Source: Owenia fusiformis (Eukaryota). Taken from it: a stretch of DNA of 64,000 bases. Location of the stretch: contig CAIIXF020000001.1 of NCBI GenBank assembly GCA_903813345.2, forward strand, positions 4,216,001-4,280,000, given 5' to 3'. Under the pieces are notes generated by a model. It saw only the letters and a list, made by a program, of their open reading frames with translations. It did not search any database and was not told where the DNA came from. Shown piece after piece: positions 23,891 to 37,900 of this stretch (position 1 is the first letter of the stretch; every line of letters begins with the position of its first letter). The translations under genes and the position numbers were made by a program.

Positions 23891-24986
23891 GATATTCTTT
23901 AATCTCCAATCGATGTGGTAGTTTCTAATCCTGCCTGTATATTTCTACGGCTGCAATAAAGGAGAAAGGCCGATATTCTTAATTCGGAATTTTGTATTCA
24001 TAACATGACTACATAATAGTGGTTGGAAGACTGACTCGTGTACTCGAGTTTTACTCGCATTTGTCCTAAAAATCAATTGATCGAGTTGAAAACTTGAACT
24101 CGCGATTTGAAATTTTTACCAAAAAAATATTTTTCACTCGTTTTCACCTTACCTTGACTCGCGATTCGTCTCTCCTATTCGCAATTTCCATGCTTATAGT
24201 TGTAATGTTCTGCTTAATCTGTATAGAATACAACTTATTTTCTATTTAATGCCATGTGCGGAAGACAAACATACTCGGATTTTATTCTGCGTTCGTTATT
24301 TTTATGCAAAAGTTTCATTTCCGGTTTGATCCATTCTGGGAATATCCAACAGCCGGGAATTTTAAAATATTTGTCTACCGCGGTGGAACTTTCTGGATTG
24401 ACGAAGTTTGTTTTCACTATTTATTCGGTAAGTTTTACTATCTATAGGGGACTAGGGGTGAACTTTAACGATTTATAGGGATGTGCAATACGATTTAGAC
24501 AATAAAAAGTATAGAGGCACTTGAAAGACTTGATCAAATTGATGAATTCTGCCGCTACTTGGGAAACTGAAACCGGAAGTAACTCAACTAAGTCAAATCG
24601 CGATTATAATCGTGGTTTTTCATGGCCCACTCGAGTGGAGATTTTCAGGCGAGTCCGACCACTACTACATGACCCATATATGGAACAGAATATCGATTGG
24701 CGTGCCTGAAAATCCTCCTTGGTCATGCTATATACATTTCAAAATCACAACACAAAAAATACTTGAAGTCAGTCAAAAGTGACAAACTGAGAAATTAGGC
24801 TATTCAAGTAAACAAATCAAATGAAGTCCTAAAGTTGCATTCCAAATGTCCATATATCATGGATATTCCACTCCGTAGATAATTTTCTAAAAGACACATA
24901 TGACTTTAAATTAATATTCATGATATTAGTTTCTATCGTGAGCACACCAATACGTTGAAAACACCTAAATTAGGGTTAGAACATAC

Positions 24987-25246
24987 CTGACCTGCTTCTT
25001 GCTGCCAGGCACCTTGTCAACATACGGGTACTTGGTAGCGTTACGAAGTGAAGATTCCAATCAAAATAAATTGTTGTGTCTGCAGAAAATGGATAGGACG
25101 ATTTTTTAAAATTCTTAAGTGATTTGAGACTCATTTAAATGCTAGAAATGGGGTAGGAACAATATTAGGTATGCTTTCAAAAGTAGCAAAAATAAAATTT
25201 ACCAATCAAACGAATAGAAATATTCACTCCTGTAGTAACAACAAAT
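24987..25246. promoter_or_regulatory. Probable bidirectional promoter and 5' UTR region shared by FAIM and CEP70
   Basis: Minus-strand donor CAG/GTATGT at 24987 could feed the acceptor 42 nt upstream of the FAIM ATG (exon start 21801). On the plus strand there is CCAAT at 25202 and AAATATGGCCGCC containing the putative CEP70 ATG at 25247. Confidence 0.55.
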
Positions 25247-28200
25247 ATGGCCGCCCGAGAAAAGAAATCAAAGCGGGTATGTTTTCCATTAAATGGGACC
25301 ATTAAGCTTAGTCTTCGCATCAAAAAGATTTATATTTGTATGTTGGTAATATGAATTGAAGACATGAAAAGTTTTGAAACAGTTTGCTTCGTTGTTTCTG
25401 TTCTAGACGTAATATAGCCCCTTTCTCGGATATTTTTCAAAAAATAATTTGAAAAGTTCATAGAATCGCGCCAAAAACTTGTAAAAGAAAAGAAGAGGAG
25501 AGAAAGCCTCAGCGCTTTCTAGAGATGTTTGTTTGTTTGTATCCTTTTATGCGTTATAATGCCGCTAAATGGTCTCGTGGTGCTTGTTTTTCACCCGTGC
25601 TTTCACTTGTGCTTATATTTTCATAAAGTCTAAAATCACTTTTATACCTTAAGTCTAATATATACAGTTTTATAATGTGCTCATTAGAATCTTCTGGTTT
25701 GCCTTATGTAGCTGCAAAAGGCATTATATAATTTCCTGTTTGACGATTCCGACAGATTCATGTTTAGTTCGCACGGGTGCGTAAATCAAGGGGAGGGTTT
25801 GTGTTTTCCCCGAGGAGAATGCTATCTACTTTCAAGTGGAGCGCTAGCCTTTCAGTTTCGAAGAGTTTACATGAAATTATGTAGTGGTCCACAATTTCTG
25901 GTTTATTACAGAGTTCACAGAGGTTTGTTGTACTTTGGTATATTTTGGCTTGGTGGCTATTGAGTTGGGTATGTCCACTTATGAGCTGGTTGATGATGCA
26001 GGAGATTCTGCGGTTGGGAGATACAATTTTGGTTTTAAAGCCAACCTTTGTTATTACTTGTGAAATGGCCCGAACTTTTTTAAAGTTAGAATACTGTCTT
26101 TGACATTTGTTTTTGATTGATTGGTGAATTATATTATATGCTTCGCTTTTGGTAATACTGATGGAATAAACCTCAAGCTGCTCTGCCAAACTTGCTGCAC
26201 TTTTTGCATACTTATCAGCTACTTCATTGCCAATGATGTTAACATGACCTGGTACCCTGGCTGCTTGTAAAAATTCCAACCTAAGCAGCAGAGCATAGAC
26301 TTCTTCTAAAAAGTTATTACCCTTCGCTGATACAGGTTTGTTCAGACAAATTGGATCTGTTAATAGTCCTTCCAGGTATATTATGGCTGCTGAGCCTGCA
26401 GGCCCTTCTACAGATAACGTCTCTTACTCCCAGGGGAAATAAATAATTTGGGTAGAAATGTGCAGCATGGGCAATTTTGGCTTAGGGCATAAACCATGGA
26501 ACCTGGCCAATTTGAGGAAAATTTGTCGAAGACTAGAGAGCCTTTTTTAAGTCAAAAATCAGTTTTTCTACAAAAAATCATAAATATTAATTAGTAAAAT
26601 CAGTTGGCGAGGTCTGGGACAAATCACTCAAAAAGTGAATTTTGTAGTTCATATAAAGTTTGGAACATAAAAAGTGGTGAACATGAATAATGACTAACAC
26701 TATGAAAAAGACATTCTGTCACATATGTCATAAATTCTTACCTCAGTGAATTGAGTGCTCTATTTTCTCCATCCCAGAACGTACAATATAGTGGAATTTG
26801 TGTCCATAATGACAAATAGGAACTTAAAAATTTAAAGTGATATTCACATGTTAATGTTGACTCTTCGAATGTTGAGGTGATTTTGCCGCCATTTTGAAAC
26901 CTGTCACGAGTAAATAAGGTTAACTGATGTTGCATTCTGGGAGTCAATCCTTCTTGGATCACAAACATGGCGATCCATGAAAACATTATTCGATTTGGTA
27001 GGAATTTATCCATCATTTGCAGGAATGAAGCTTTGGATTCATTTATTGCGCTACTTACAGTGAACGGGAATTATTTTTCTACCGCTTGGGAGAGTTTGAG
27101 ACATGAAACTTAGAATTTAGCTCATTGTGACAACTTTTGATGGTTGAGGTTTATAAAAGTCTCCGACAATAATGACTAACACAATGAAAATTCTGTCGCA
27201 CATATAATAAATTCTTACCTCAGTGAATTGAGTGCTCTATGTTGTCAATACTGGAAAGTACAAATGTAGTGGAATTTGTGTCCATAATGACAATTAGGAA
27301 CTTTTGAAGTGATTTTCACATGTTAATCCAGACTCTTCAGATGTTGAGGTGATTTTGAAGCCCGATTACGCCGCAGGGAGGATTGACTCCCAGAATGCAA
27401 CGTGACAGCTTTCAAAATGCAGTTTCGCCATTTTGAAATCTGTCATGGGTAAATAAGATTAACTGATGTTGCATTCTGGGAGCCAATCCTCCTTGGATCA
27501 CAACAATGGCGATCCATGAAAACATTCATTGAATTTATCCATCATTTGCAGGTATGAAGCCTTGGATTCATTTATTGTGCTACTTAGAGTGAACGGGGAT
27601 TATTTTCTACCGTTTGTTAGAGTTGAGAAACATAAAACTTAGAATTTAACTCATTGTGACAACTTTTGATAATTGACATTTATTAATTAAAGTTTTCCAT
27701 TGTACCAATATTTCTGGAAATTTACTCCCTTTTATAAGTCTGAGGGGATGTATACATGGAAACTTTCAATCTTGAGACGGAATTGACACGGAAAAAATAC
27801 TCAAAAATGGGGTCTTTGGCGCGGCACCTAGGTATTAAGAGGTATATTGGAATGTAACCACCGAGCTCTTATTTACCACCTTAGTTTGTTAGAATTTTTA
27901 CCGTCTAGTTTCCAAATACAACACTCCAATGTAAAGTTTTAAGGTTAAGATTTAGTATTAGTAATATTTCCAATCAACTACAGCTTATAATGCTATATTA
28001 ATAAACTAATGAATGGGAAAAATCTGTATTAGGTTTTAGAGATAATACACCCTCTTCATCTCAACATCGAGATCAAATTATTTCTAGCTTTAAGCTTTAA
28101 AAAATGAAGTTGCTGAGACCACCTTTTTGCTTGGTATTGAAACATTATTATTTCATATTCAAATATAAAATTACATGCACTTTATCAGTAATCGATTTTT

Positions 28201-31200
28201 AAGTGCATATTATTGTTAGACTCCAGATTAAGAATCTGGAGTCTATTGCTTTTGCATTTTGGGATATTTTAGAGATTTCAAAAGGTCATAACATTTAAAC
28301 CAGAAGTTGTGGCAAAATTTGGTTTGCAGATTCAGATTACTGAGGAAATTTTAATCTTATTTCATAACTCGTACATTAAATATTTTATTTTGACATACTT
28401 TTCGAATACCATATCTCAAAAGTTGGCCAAAATACTTTCTTACAGCAAAGGCTAACACTATAAGCACACTCTTTAATGGTAATGGTAAACAATGTTAAAC
28501 AATGGCAAATTGTTTTTTTGATTACTGCTACGTTACTCATCTACCTTTTCGGGTATTCACTCGCTACTTACTCAGCTATCTTGGTCAAATCAATCTGGAG
28601 TCTTGAATTTAACCTTGCAAATCTAGTATATTAATATTCTTCTCAGGTATCTTCAATTTGCCCTTCTTATCCTCATTGATTGAAGTTCATTTATTCTCCT
28701 GGGTTTTCTAATAAAATTTAATTTGTCCTTTCCCCAGGTATAAGAGAAAACCTTGACAATAGGAACATTATACACATAATCTGAATTTAGAAATCGATTT
28801 ATTTAATCATTACGTAAAATCTCTGTTTACATGTAGTAAATATTACATTCATTTTCTCATGCAACTAATATTCATAACAATTGATCTTGTTTCATTAATC
28901 AAAATATTGCCATTATTCACTTCACCTTTTATTCCATTTGGAAACCTTCTCTTTATTATGGTCAGAAAGAAAATATTTACTGAACAAACAATAATTATCA
29001 AATCACAATTTCTTACTCAACTTTTGAAATTTTCATAAAATTGATCAATAACAGAAACTGGGTTTAGTCATTGAAGTTACGCTTAATTTTTCATTGAAAG
29101 AAATTTCAGTTTTGATTTTTTAAACAAAAGAAACATCTGGATTGCTTGGTTTGATTGGAATGATTATTCTTTGGAAACATTTAGGAGTAAATTAAATCCA
29201 ATCAGAACCAATACAACACAGTTTAACATGGAACCATTTTTTAATTTCTACTGCAAGGTAAAGCTAGAAATAAACTCCAGATTTTACAAAATGTTGTGTG
29301 CAGTGTGCAATTTTGAACTCTTAAAATGATTCTTCAAACGCAGAGCTACAAAACTAGTTCCTCCTTTTGGATCTTGGAGCCCAACGGTCAGAGGATCAAT
29401 CAATATGAAAAGTCATACATGTGCACCGTATAAAGAAATATGAATGGTTTTATTTTTAGCTTGAGATGGAAGAGTGGGCAGGAGTCAACAGAAAACTACG
29501 TCAACATGGTTTGCCATCTATATCTACGATTCATCAATCGGAGGTGACGAGTACCTCAGGTATAATTTATATCTATTTTTAATTCAATGTCATGTTCTGT
29601 TTATCGTATATATAGGTTATTTCATGCTTGATTTTCAATATGAATTTTATTCCAGGGTAATATGATATATTGTCAATGTCATATTTGCCGAGGTCAATGT
29701 CATATTTTCCGTGGAATAAAATCCATATTGAAAAGCAACCATGAAATAAGTGTCCCGGGTAGAATTAGAATTATGATAAGTTTCCGAGATTTTTTCATCA
29801 AATCAATTTTTGAGTTAATACGATCCTAATACGAGCACGATTTTATTTCACAGGGAAAATAGTAGTATTATGGAATAAATTGTATTATGTTAATGAAAAT
29901 GTTAAGTTTCAATTATTACTGTATGTCACGTAATATTTATTTGAATCTAGCAAACAGCGAATATTGATTAAGGGACATTGATCTTGTAAATGAAATGGGA
30001 ATATTCATGCCATCCTTCACTAAATATATTATTAACATATCTGCAGTAGATTTCCCCATGTGGTTCTGTCATGTATACCCTTTATAAAGAGTTTTATTTC
30101 ATATCTCTTAAAAGTGGTTTTTGATTTTTTTCTACACTCTTTCAATAATTTATAAAAAAATCAAAATCAATATTTTCATATAGCTCATTTTCAATAGCTC
30201 ATTTTCAATAAAAATCATCAAGTTACTTTAATGAGGTCATACTGACTTTTTAAGTATCAGAACGGTGACTAGTATATGATTCTAGATCATCAGAGGGAAG
30301 GATTTTTACTGATATCATCTGGTCCTCAGGGTAGTTCATTCACAACATTGATGAAAATAATACTTTTCAGATGTTGTTGTATTAGAGTCTGATGTGGCAA
30401 AAAGTTTACGTCAGAGTGTGGTGTCTCTCATGACAGACTGTGATAGACGTCAAGAATTGATACAGGAACTTATCTCAACCAATAATCAGCTAAAGTAAGT
30501 AGGCTTTCGCTCAAAAACAAAATGAAGAAAAGGATGGGGTCCAAATGTTGACAGTTGTAGAAAAATGAAGTTCCACATATAACAAGATTTGAGAATGTGG
30601 TGATTTGCCTTTCACCTTTTCCAAAGATTGCCGATTCAACATTCTTCACCAATATTACCCATTCTCTCTCACAAAATTAACTTCATAATTTCACAAATGT
30701 TGCCATCTAGACAACATCCCTAAATCTACTATAATGAAACATTTCCAACTTGATCAAGTATTTTTGACTAACTTAAAGCCAGTTACACAGTCCTAAAATG
30801 TTTTTTCCTTGTGAGGAATTCTGAGTCAAACTATCCCTTTCATACCAATTTGTTGTTCAGGATTTTTATTGCATAGAAGTAAAAGGTAGAAAAATGTATG
30901 TTTCTCCACAGGGAAGATCTAAGCAGACAGCAGAATCTAACAGAGAAGTATGAAACCAGGATAAAAGATCTCAAGATTATGCTGGAGGATTCCAGAGCTA
31001 AGATTTCTGTGAGTTAAATCAATTAATAATCACAATTTTATCATCATCTGGGTCATGCTTATTTTAAACTTGCAGGTTCTTGGATTATCCACTTCATCCT
31101 CCTCTCCAGGGTGAGGCGAGGTGTTCAGAATGGGGTGGGGGGGGGGGGTTGGTCACAACACAAGCCCTCGATGCAAGACTATTCAAAATGTTTCTCTGCA

Positions 31201-31887
31201 CTTAATTCTTTTATTTAGTTCATATTTTTGAAAAAGCTGTTTCAGTATTTTCATTGATGATAATTTGAATATTTTAAGATATAATTCATAATATAATAAA
31301 GGATTTACATATGACCTGAGATTCCATATGACATGAGGATTCCATATGACATGAGGATTACATATGAGTTGAGGATTGGATTCTATATTCCAGGAATTAC
31401 AGGATGATAATTACACAACCAGTAACTATCTCCATGATGAGGAAACCAAACTTAGGAACACAAAGAATGCCATATCTGCCAAATACAGGGAGCTCCAGAA
31501 TAGGTGTAAACAACAAGATGATGAGATCTACAGGTTGAAAAAGAAAATTGATAGAATGACTCAAGAGGTTGGTATATGAATGGAAACTTATAAATTCTGG
31601 TAATGCATGGTAGATCTTGTTATGTACTTAAAAAGGGCCTAGTCAAAATTAAGTGGTAAGTTAAGATCCTCTTTGTCATTCAGTCTCATTAACATTATTG
31701 TAAAATTTACATTTAATGTTTAAAGGACTCCCTATACCTGAAAAGAAATTATTTTTGCTTAAGATAGCACAAAGATTTTTGACCATCCCTTTATTTTATA
31801 GGATGTTTTTATTAGCTCACATGGTGAGCTTTTGCAATCGCTCACTTGTCCGTCTGTCCGTCCGTCCGTCCGTCCGTCCGTCCGTCC

Positions 31888-31926
<39 letters not shown>

Positions 31927-34900
31927 AGTCAACAATAGTGGCACGTTTTAAAACCTCTGTCGATAGGATTCCTGTTTTAGGTTATTTCTGTTCAACATCA
32001 ATACATAAAACTCCCCTATGACTCCTGGTTCAAAAGCTCGCCTATTTTCAAAATGGCCGCCATTTTTGTCTCGCGAAATTCACTTTTGACTGGCACGTTT
32101 TAAAACCTCTGTCGATAGGATTCCTGTTTTAAGTTATTTCTGTTCAACATCAATACAGAAAACTCCCCTATGACTCCTGGTTCAAAAGCTCGCCTATTTT
32201 CAAAATGGCCGCCATTTTTGTCTCGCGAAATTCACTTTTGACCCATTTCCTAGCTTTACAAATAATTTCAGGTGTCCTACATTGTAGAAATCTGTGTCAA
32301 TGTAAAGAGTAGATATATGAAATAATTTTGTTACAAAAAATCAGCGAAAAATTATATCTATTTTTTTTATTTTCAGCCATTTTAGTTAACATTGATATGT
32401 CCATCTGACTTGTGAAATCCACTTTTCCGTCAACAACAGTGGCACGTTTTAAAACCTCTGTCGATAGGATTCCTGTTTTAAGTTATTTCTGTTCAACATC
32501 AATACAGAAAACTCCCCCATGACTCCTGGCTCAAAAGCTCGCCTATTTTCAAATTGGCCGCCATTTTTGTCTCGCGAAATTCACTTTTGACCTATTTCCT
32601 AGCTTTACAAATAATTTCAAGTGTCCTACATTGTAAAAATCCATGTCAATGTAAAGAGTAGATGTATGAAATAATTTTTTTACGAAAAATCAGCAAAAAA
32701 TTATATCCATTTTTTTTATTTTCAGCCATTTTAGTTAACAGATTTGTCCATCTGTCTCGCAAAATCCACTTTTGGACCATTTGCCTTAAACCCTCTGTCG
32801 ATAGGATTCCTGTTTTAAGTTAATTTTGTTCAACATCAATACAAAAAACTCTCCTATGACTCTTGGTTCAAAAGCTCGCCTATTTTCAAAATGGTCACCA
32901 TTCTTGTCTTGCGAAATTCACTTTTGGCCCATTTCCTAGCTTTACAAATAATTTCAGCTGTCCTGCATTGTAAAAAGCCATGTCACTGTAAAGAGTAGTT
33001 GTATGAAATAATTTTGTTACAAAAAATCGGCAAAATATTATATCAGTTTTTTTTATTTTCAGCCATTTTAGTTAACATTGATTCGTCCATCTGTCTCTCA
33101 GTCAGTCCAAAAAGGTGGCAAGTTTTAAACCTCTGTCAACACTTTTTAAATCCTCTGTAGATAGGATTCCCGATTTAAAATAATTTTGTTCAACATCAAT
33201 AAAGAAATAAACCTGTGACTCCTGCTTCAAAATCTCGCCTAATTTCAAAAAATTTCAACAATTATACCCGTCTTTTTTATTTTCACTTTTGAGCAACACC
33301 ATGTGAGCCCAGTACCCACGGTACTAATTTTTTACCATATCCCAAAAACTTGAAATATTAAAATATATCAACCAATATAGATTACTTAATTGTGAGTGAC
33401 CTTCCTGTTGGTTTTGCTCCTAAATGATAAAGCAAAATGAAAAAACAACTTTTAATAGGTGCATATAACACCGTATAAACATAGGTGTAAAGAGGAGATC
33501 TGTTGCCATCTTTTGATACTGGATGTGGTTCTGTGCATTCCATTTAACTTGATATTTTTTGTATAGGATGAGAAACGAATGTTGCATCAAAGTGAAGTAT
33601 ACAAGGAGATCAGGAAAAAGTCAAGTAGAGGACAACAAGCAATGGATGAAAAGTAAGAGATTTTACCTATGCTACACTGTATACTCCAAAACAAGGTACA
33701 AGTGCATCATGTAGGTGGCATTAGATCTCACATCAATATAGTAACTAGCTGCTTATTCCAGTTGAATATACAATTGCACACAGTTTTTTAGTGTCTGTTG
33801 CTTTTGCTTTTTATTTTATAAGAATGTCAATAACTCCATAATAGGATTTTTGTTTTGAAATTTCAAATTTTGTTATCCTTTAAGCAAGTATCATTGGCTA
33901 AAAGTATATGTAACCATTTATAATTTGAAACTGTAATATTCTCATTCCAGGTTATTAGATATTATAGACTCCTATGAGAGGCAGATTCATGGCTTGAAGA
34001 AGGAACTTGATATACTGAGGTAAATGATCATAATCATGGGATTGAATGTCCTAAATTCAAGGTTGAATGTTTTAAACAGGATTACCACATAAACTCTGCC
34101 CATTCAGTCATTCTCTTTTGTGTAACATATTTTACATTAGTTTCATCAATGATGATATTGAGAAAATTTGACACTAGGATACCGTAAGTCTTGTTACAAT
34201 TAATGTTACTATTGCAAAAGGACTCCATAAAATATGATGTGTCTTGTTATTTTCAGAATGCAAGAAAAAATCTACAAAGAAGATACTTTCATGTTCAGTG
34301 TATGAAAGGATAATCTGTTCATAAACTTTCCTTTGGAAATATGTTAATATAGGTTAATAAACCAACATCATGTTTTCTTGTGTCCAGGTTTAATGGTGAA
34401 GATGAGAGGCCAAGACATGATACATCATTTGATGAACCATCTGAAAACTATAAAACATTAATCAAGGTAAATTTTTCACATTTTTACAAAGTGGATTCAT
34501 TGTCTTATAAGACAAGTTGCCCTGCAGTGATACATTGTGGAACTTTAAATTCTTTCTGATCAGTCTAAAATACAAAAGTAAAACATCTCACATTTGACTT
34601 TGCATTGAAGATAATAAAGGAACAAATAAATTGAGTAAACTTAAGCTTATGGCCTTTTACATGAAAATCCAAAGCTCATGGTATGATGAAGTTGGGTTAG
34701 TACCTATTTGCAATGTACGTGTTTGTAAATTTCTATGTTTCTTTTCTTAGACTTATGAAAAGCAGTTGAAGGAATCCAAGAAGAAAATAAAAAGTTTTGA
34801 AGATCAAGTGGAAATATTGAATCTAGAATTGGGTTCCAGGTATGTTAATTAATTGAAAAAGTGTATTATGTGTAGCAAGATAGAAAAAACCAACTACTAT

Positions 34901-37900
34901 ACGGTAAAACCTGTCTTATTGAAAACCTCTAGAGAATACCTGTCTCTAGTGGACACCTTTCCTCCGTACACACTCTACTGACTTCTGTTTAATTTATGAT
35001 TTCTGAAGTGAACACCTTCAAACACTGAACATTTTTTCTCCGCCAAAAATGTTCAATATACACAGGTTTTACTGTATGTTTTTGTTTGGCCATTCTTGCT
35101 CAGAGGTTTTAAGTTACTTTAAGATTTTGCCATATTTTTACATGTCAGTATGCAACTTGCTTGTAAATGTCCAAGTTATTTATTCAGATTTTTGATTCTA
35201 TTCAGCTGACCATATAGTTTAATACTTGTTATATATTTTATGTTGGTTTCCTGTTGAAATAGTCTCCTCAGGAATAATTGAGAAGTACATGCACTTTCTA
35301 CATATGATTTAAAGACCACTATCAAACTCTATGTTACTAAGAGGGTCTTTTTTTTTCTCATGCAGGCCCGAACTTAAAGACTTTAGATCTGCCCAACACA
35401 GGATAAAGAAATTGGAAAAGATACTTGCCAAACATAATATCAGGTAGTGTTTAATTTACGATATACACTTACAATCCATTTCTCAAATATTAAAGCAACT
35501 AATTTCCTTGCACAAAGTATAAAGTTCAGTTTCAATATAGTTGAATATTTGGAATATTTTGGTCAGACTTCTTATTATAAAATTTTCCATCTCGTTCAAA
35601 TATTGATATAAAGCCATTGACAAAGTACCGTATATACACATATATGCCAAGATTCATGATAGCGATATTACTTCTAAGCCTGAATGCAAATACATATGTA
35701 CCTCACCATTGAATTATATTGTGTAACTAACTCACAGATGGGCAAGGTTAAACTAAAGAAAACTCAAAATTACATGTTTTAATACATAGTTCTGACTAAT
35801 GTAATCATGTTATGATACAATATGTCAATAAAAGTTATATATATATAATACACATAAAAACAAAAAGTGTTTGCCTGATTCAGGTTATCAGATGAAAAGA
35901 ACCAGGAGCAAGGTACATTGAAATACAGCACCCAAGTGGATGATATAGATTACTTGCCATTAAACCATTGCCGGAAATATTTGTCTGTAAGTCATAAGGC
36001 TAAACATCATGTTGGTCATATCTGAAAGTCCAAAATAGAGTGAAAATTCTGAAAAGGGTAAATTAAAGATGTAATTCTCACTCCTTCATTATGCCAAACC
36101 AATTGACAAATACATTTCCAGTAAATACTGAAATAAAGATCATTATCATTCCTCCAAACTTTGCCTCTTGAATTTTTACTTGATAATTTACAAGCATGTA
36201 TTTCGGAACTGGAGATCTCAGCAGAAAGGAGAAATTACAGGCTTAGTACTTGACAGATGCCTCTTAAATATGCATCTGGATTCTTATTGATTTTTGAGTT
36301 TTGACTTTGTAATTTGTAGATGTTCTGTACAGATGTCGGTGTATTTGACTTGGACCATGTGCAGCCAAAGCTACAGAAACAGGCCAAGGCTGTAGAGGCA
36401 TACCCAAGACTTGAACAGGTAAACAATCTGGTCCAGGGCATTAGAATTTCATAAACAGTGCTGACCTGTATTAGATACAGTTGGATGATGAAACCTGAGC
36501 TATTATTCAGATATTTCCCCCCAACTAAAAAATTGGTTATTCGTCTAACTGCCTCTGCCGTGCATAGATCTGTGTAAATTACATTCAATTTTGGAAATTG
36601 TTAAATATTTATTTCATACATTATCTAAATTACATTCAATTTTAGAAATTGTTAAATGTTGATTTCATACATTATCTACTTCCAGTTTGCTAGAGAGGTC
36701 CTTGAGGTGGTAGATTCTTCTAATGTACCCATGCCTCCTGGTGTAAAAGCCAAGTCACATAGGAGTTCACATAAACATGAAGTATGGTGTGAAAAGATGT
36801 GGCATCATGTCATACCTACCCTTCAATACTGGGTCCAGCAGCTAGCTGGTCTCAAGGTATGTTGGCAATTTACAGTATGCTGAATAATTGTTTTTCTAAT
36901 ATTGATCTAAACATGTTTTTTATTTTTGAGTGACATAATTCCATCAACAAGTTAAGGATGTTTTATGTATCACCCATTGTAACTCTTCACTGAATCAAAA
37001 CTAGGCAAATAATGTGATAAATTCATTACAGGCAAAAGGTACTAAAGTAGTAGAAATAAATAAATTATTAATCGTTTAAGAAATCGAATTCTGATGTACT
37101 TTTGTGTAAAACTCTTTTGATTAATGACAAACAAATATTTCTTCTTTCTTACATTTTTACTTTATCCTTTATTATCCAGGAACTTCAGCATTCTATTAAC
37201 AAATTAAGCAGTAGCCTATTACCTTGGAAGACCAGTAAATTCCACTCCAACCCTACAGTCACACAGATGGTGTCATCAATAGATTCCTTACTTTATGAAG
37301 AAGAGTCAAAAAGTAAATGTCAAGAACCAGAATGATTTACGACAAATGGGCATCAAAGTATCTTAAGATGTAAACTGTTGATTCTCTCGCCATACGGTGT
37401 CATTCATTCCCATTTTACCTAAATCGAAATAATCCTTATTAACACGATTGTTTGTGATTCACAGGAAGGTCGTGAGATCCCATCACAGACAGTCCTACAA
37501 GGCATAGTGGAGCACTTTCAGAATTTATTTGACGTCCCCAAGGTGTCAGGCATCTATCCACGTATGAATGATATTTACACACGGCTTGGTGAGATGCAGA
37601 ATGTTATCAAAACTCTCAGGAATTTACTTGGTTTGCGTAAGTGGCAATATAATTCAGCTCGATTCAAGTTTGAATTCACAATAATGTAAATACATGTACC
37701 TTGATTGCTAAATGGATGTGAATATTCCTCATGTCAATTCTCGCTCATTGTGTACAAAGAGAATAGTTTTCATTATAAAAGCCTGTGATTGGGCACTAAG
37801 AACGATTAAAAATTTCTGAGAGAAATCAAAATTGCTATAGATATCTATGAAGATATTGGGAGTTTTAATATGACGCTCCTTGATAATTCACGATGAATAA

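Noticed and set aside
31716-32021. ORFs with SVRP or TDRQ repeats
   Set aside because: GTCC/GTCT microsatellite translations.
34257-34305. Possible extra CEP70 cassette exon after TTTCAG
   Set aside because: No convincing donor preserves the phase, and an in-frame TGA follows.
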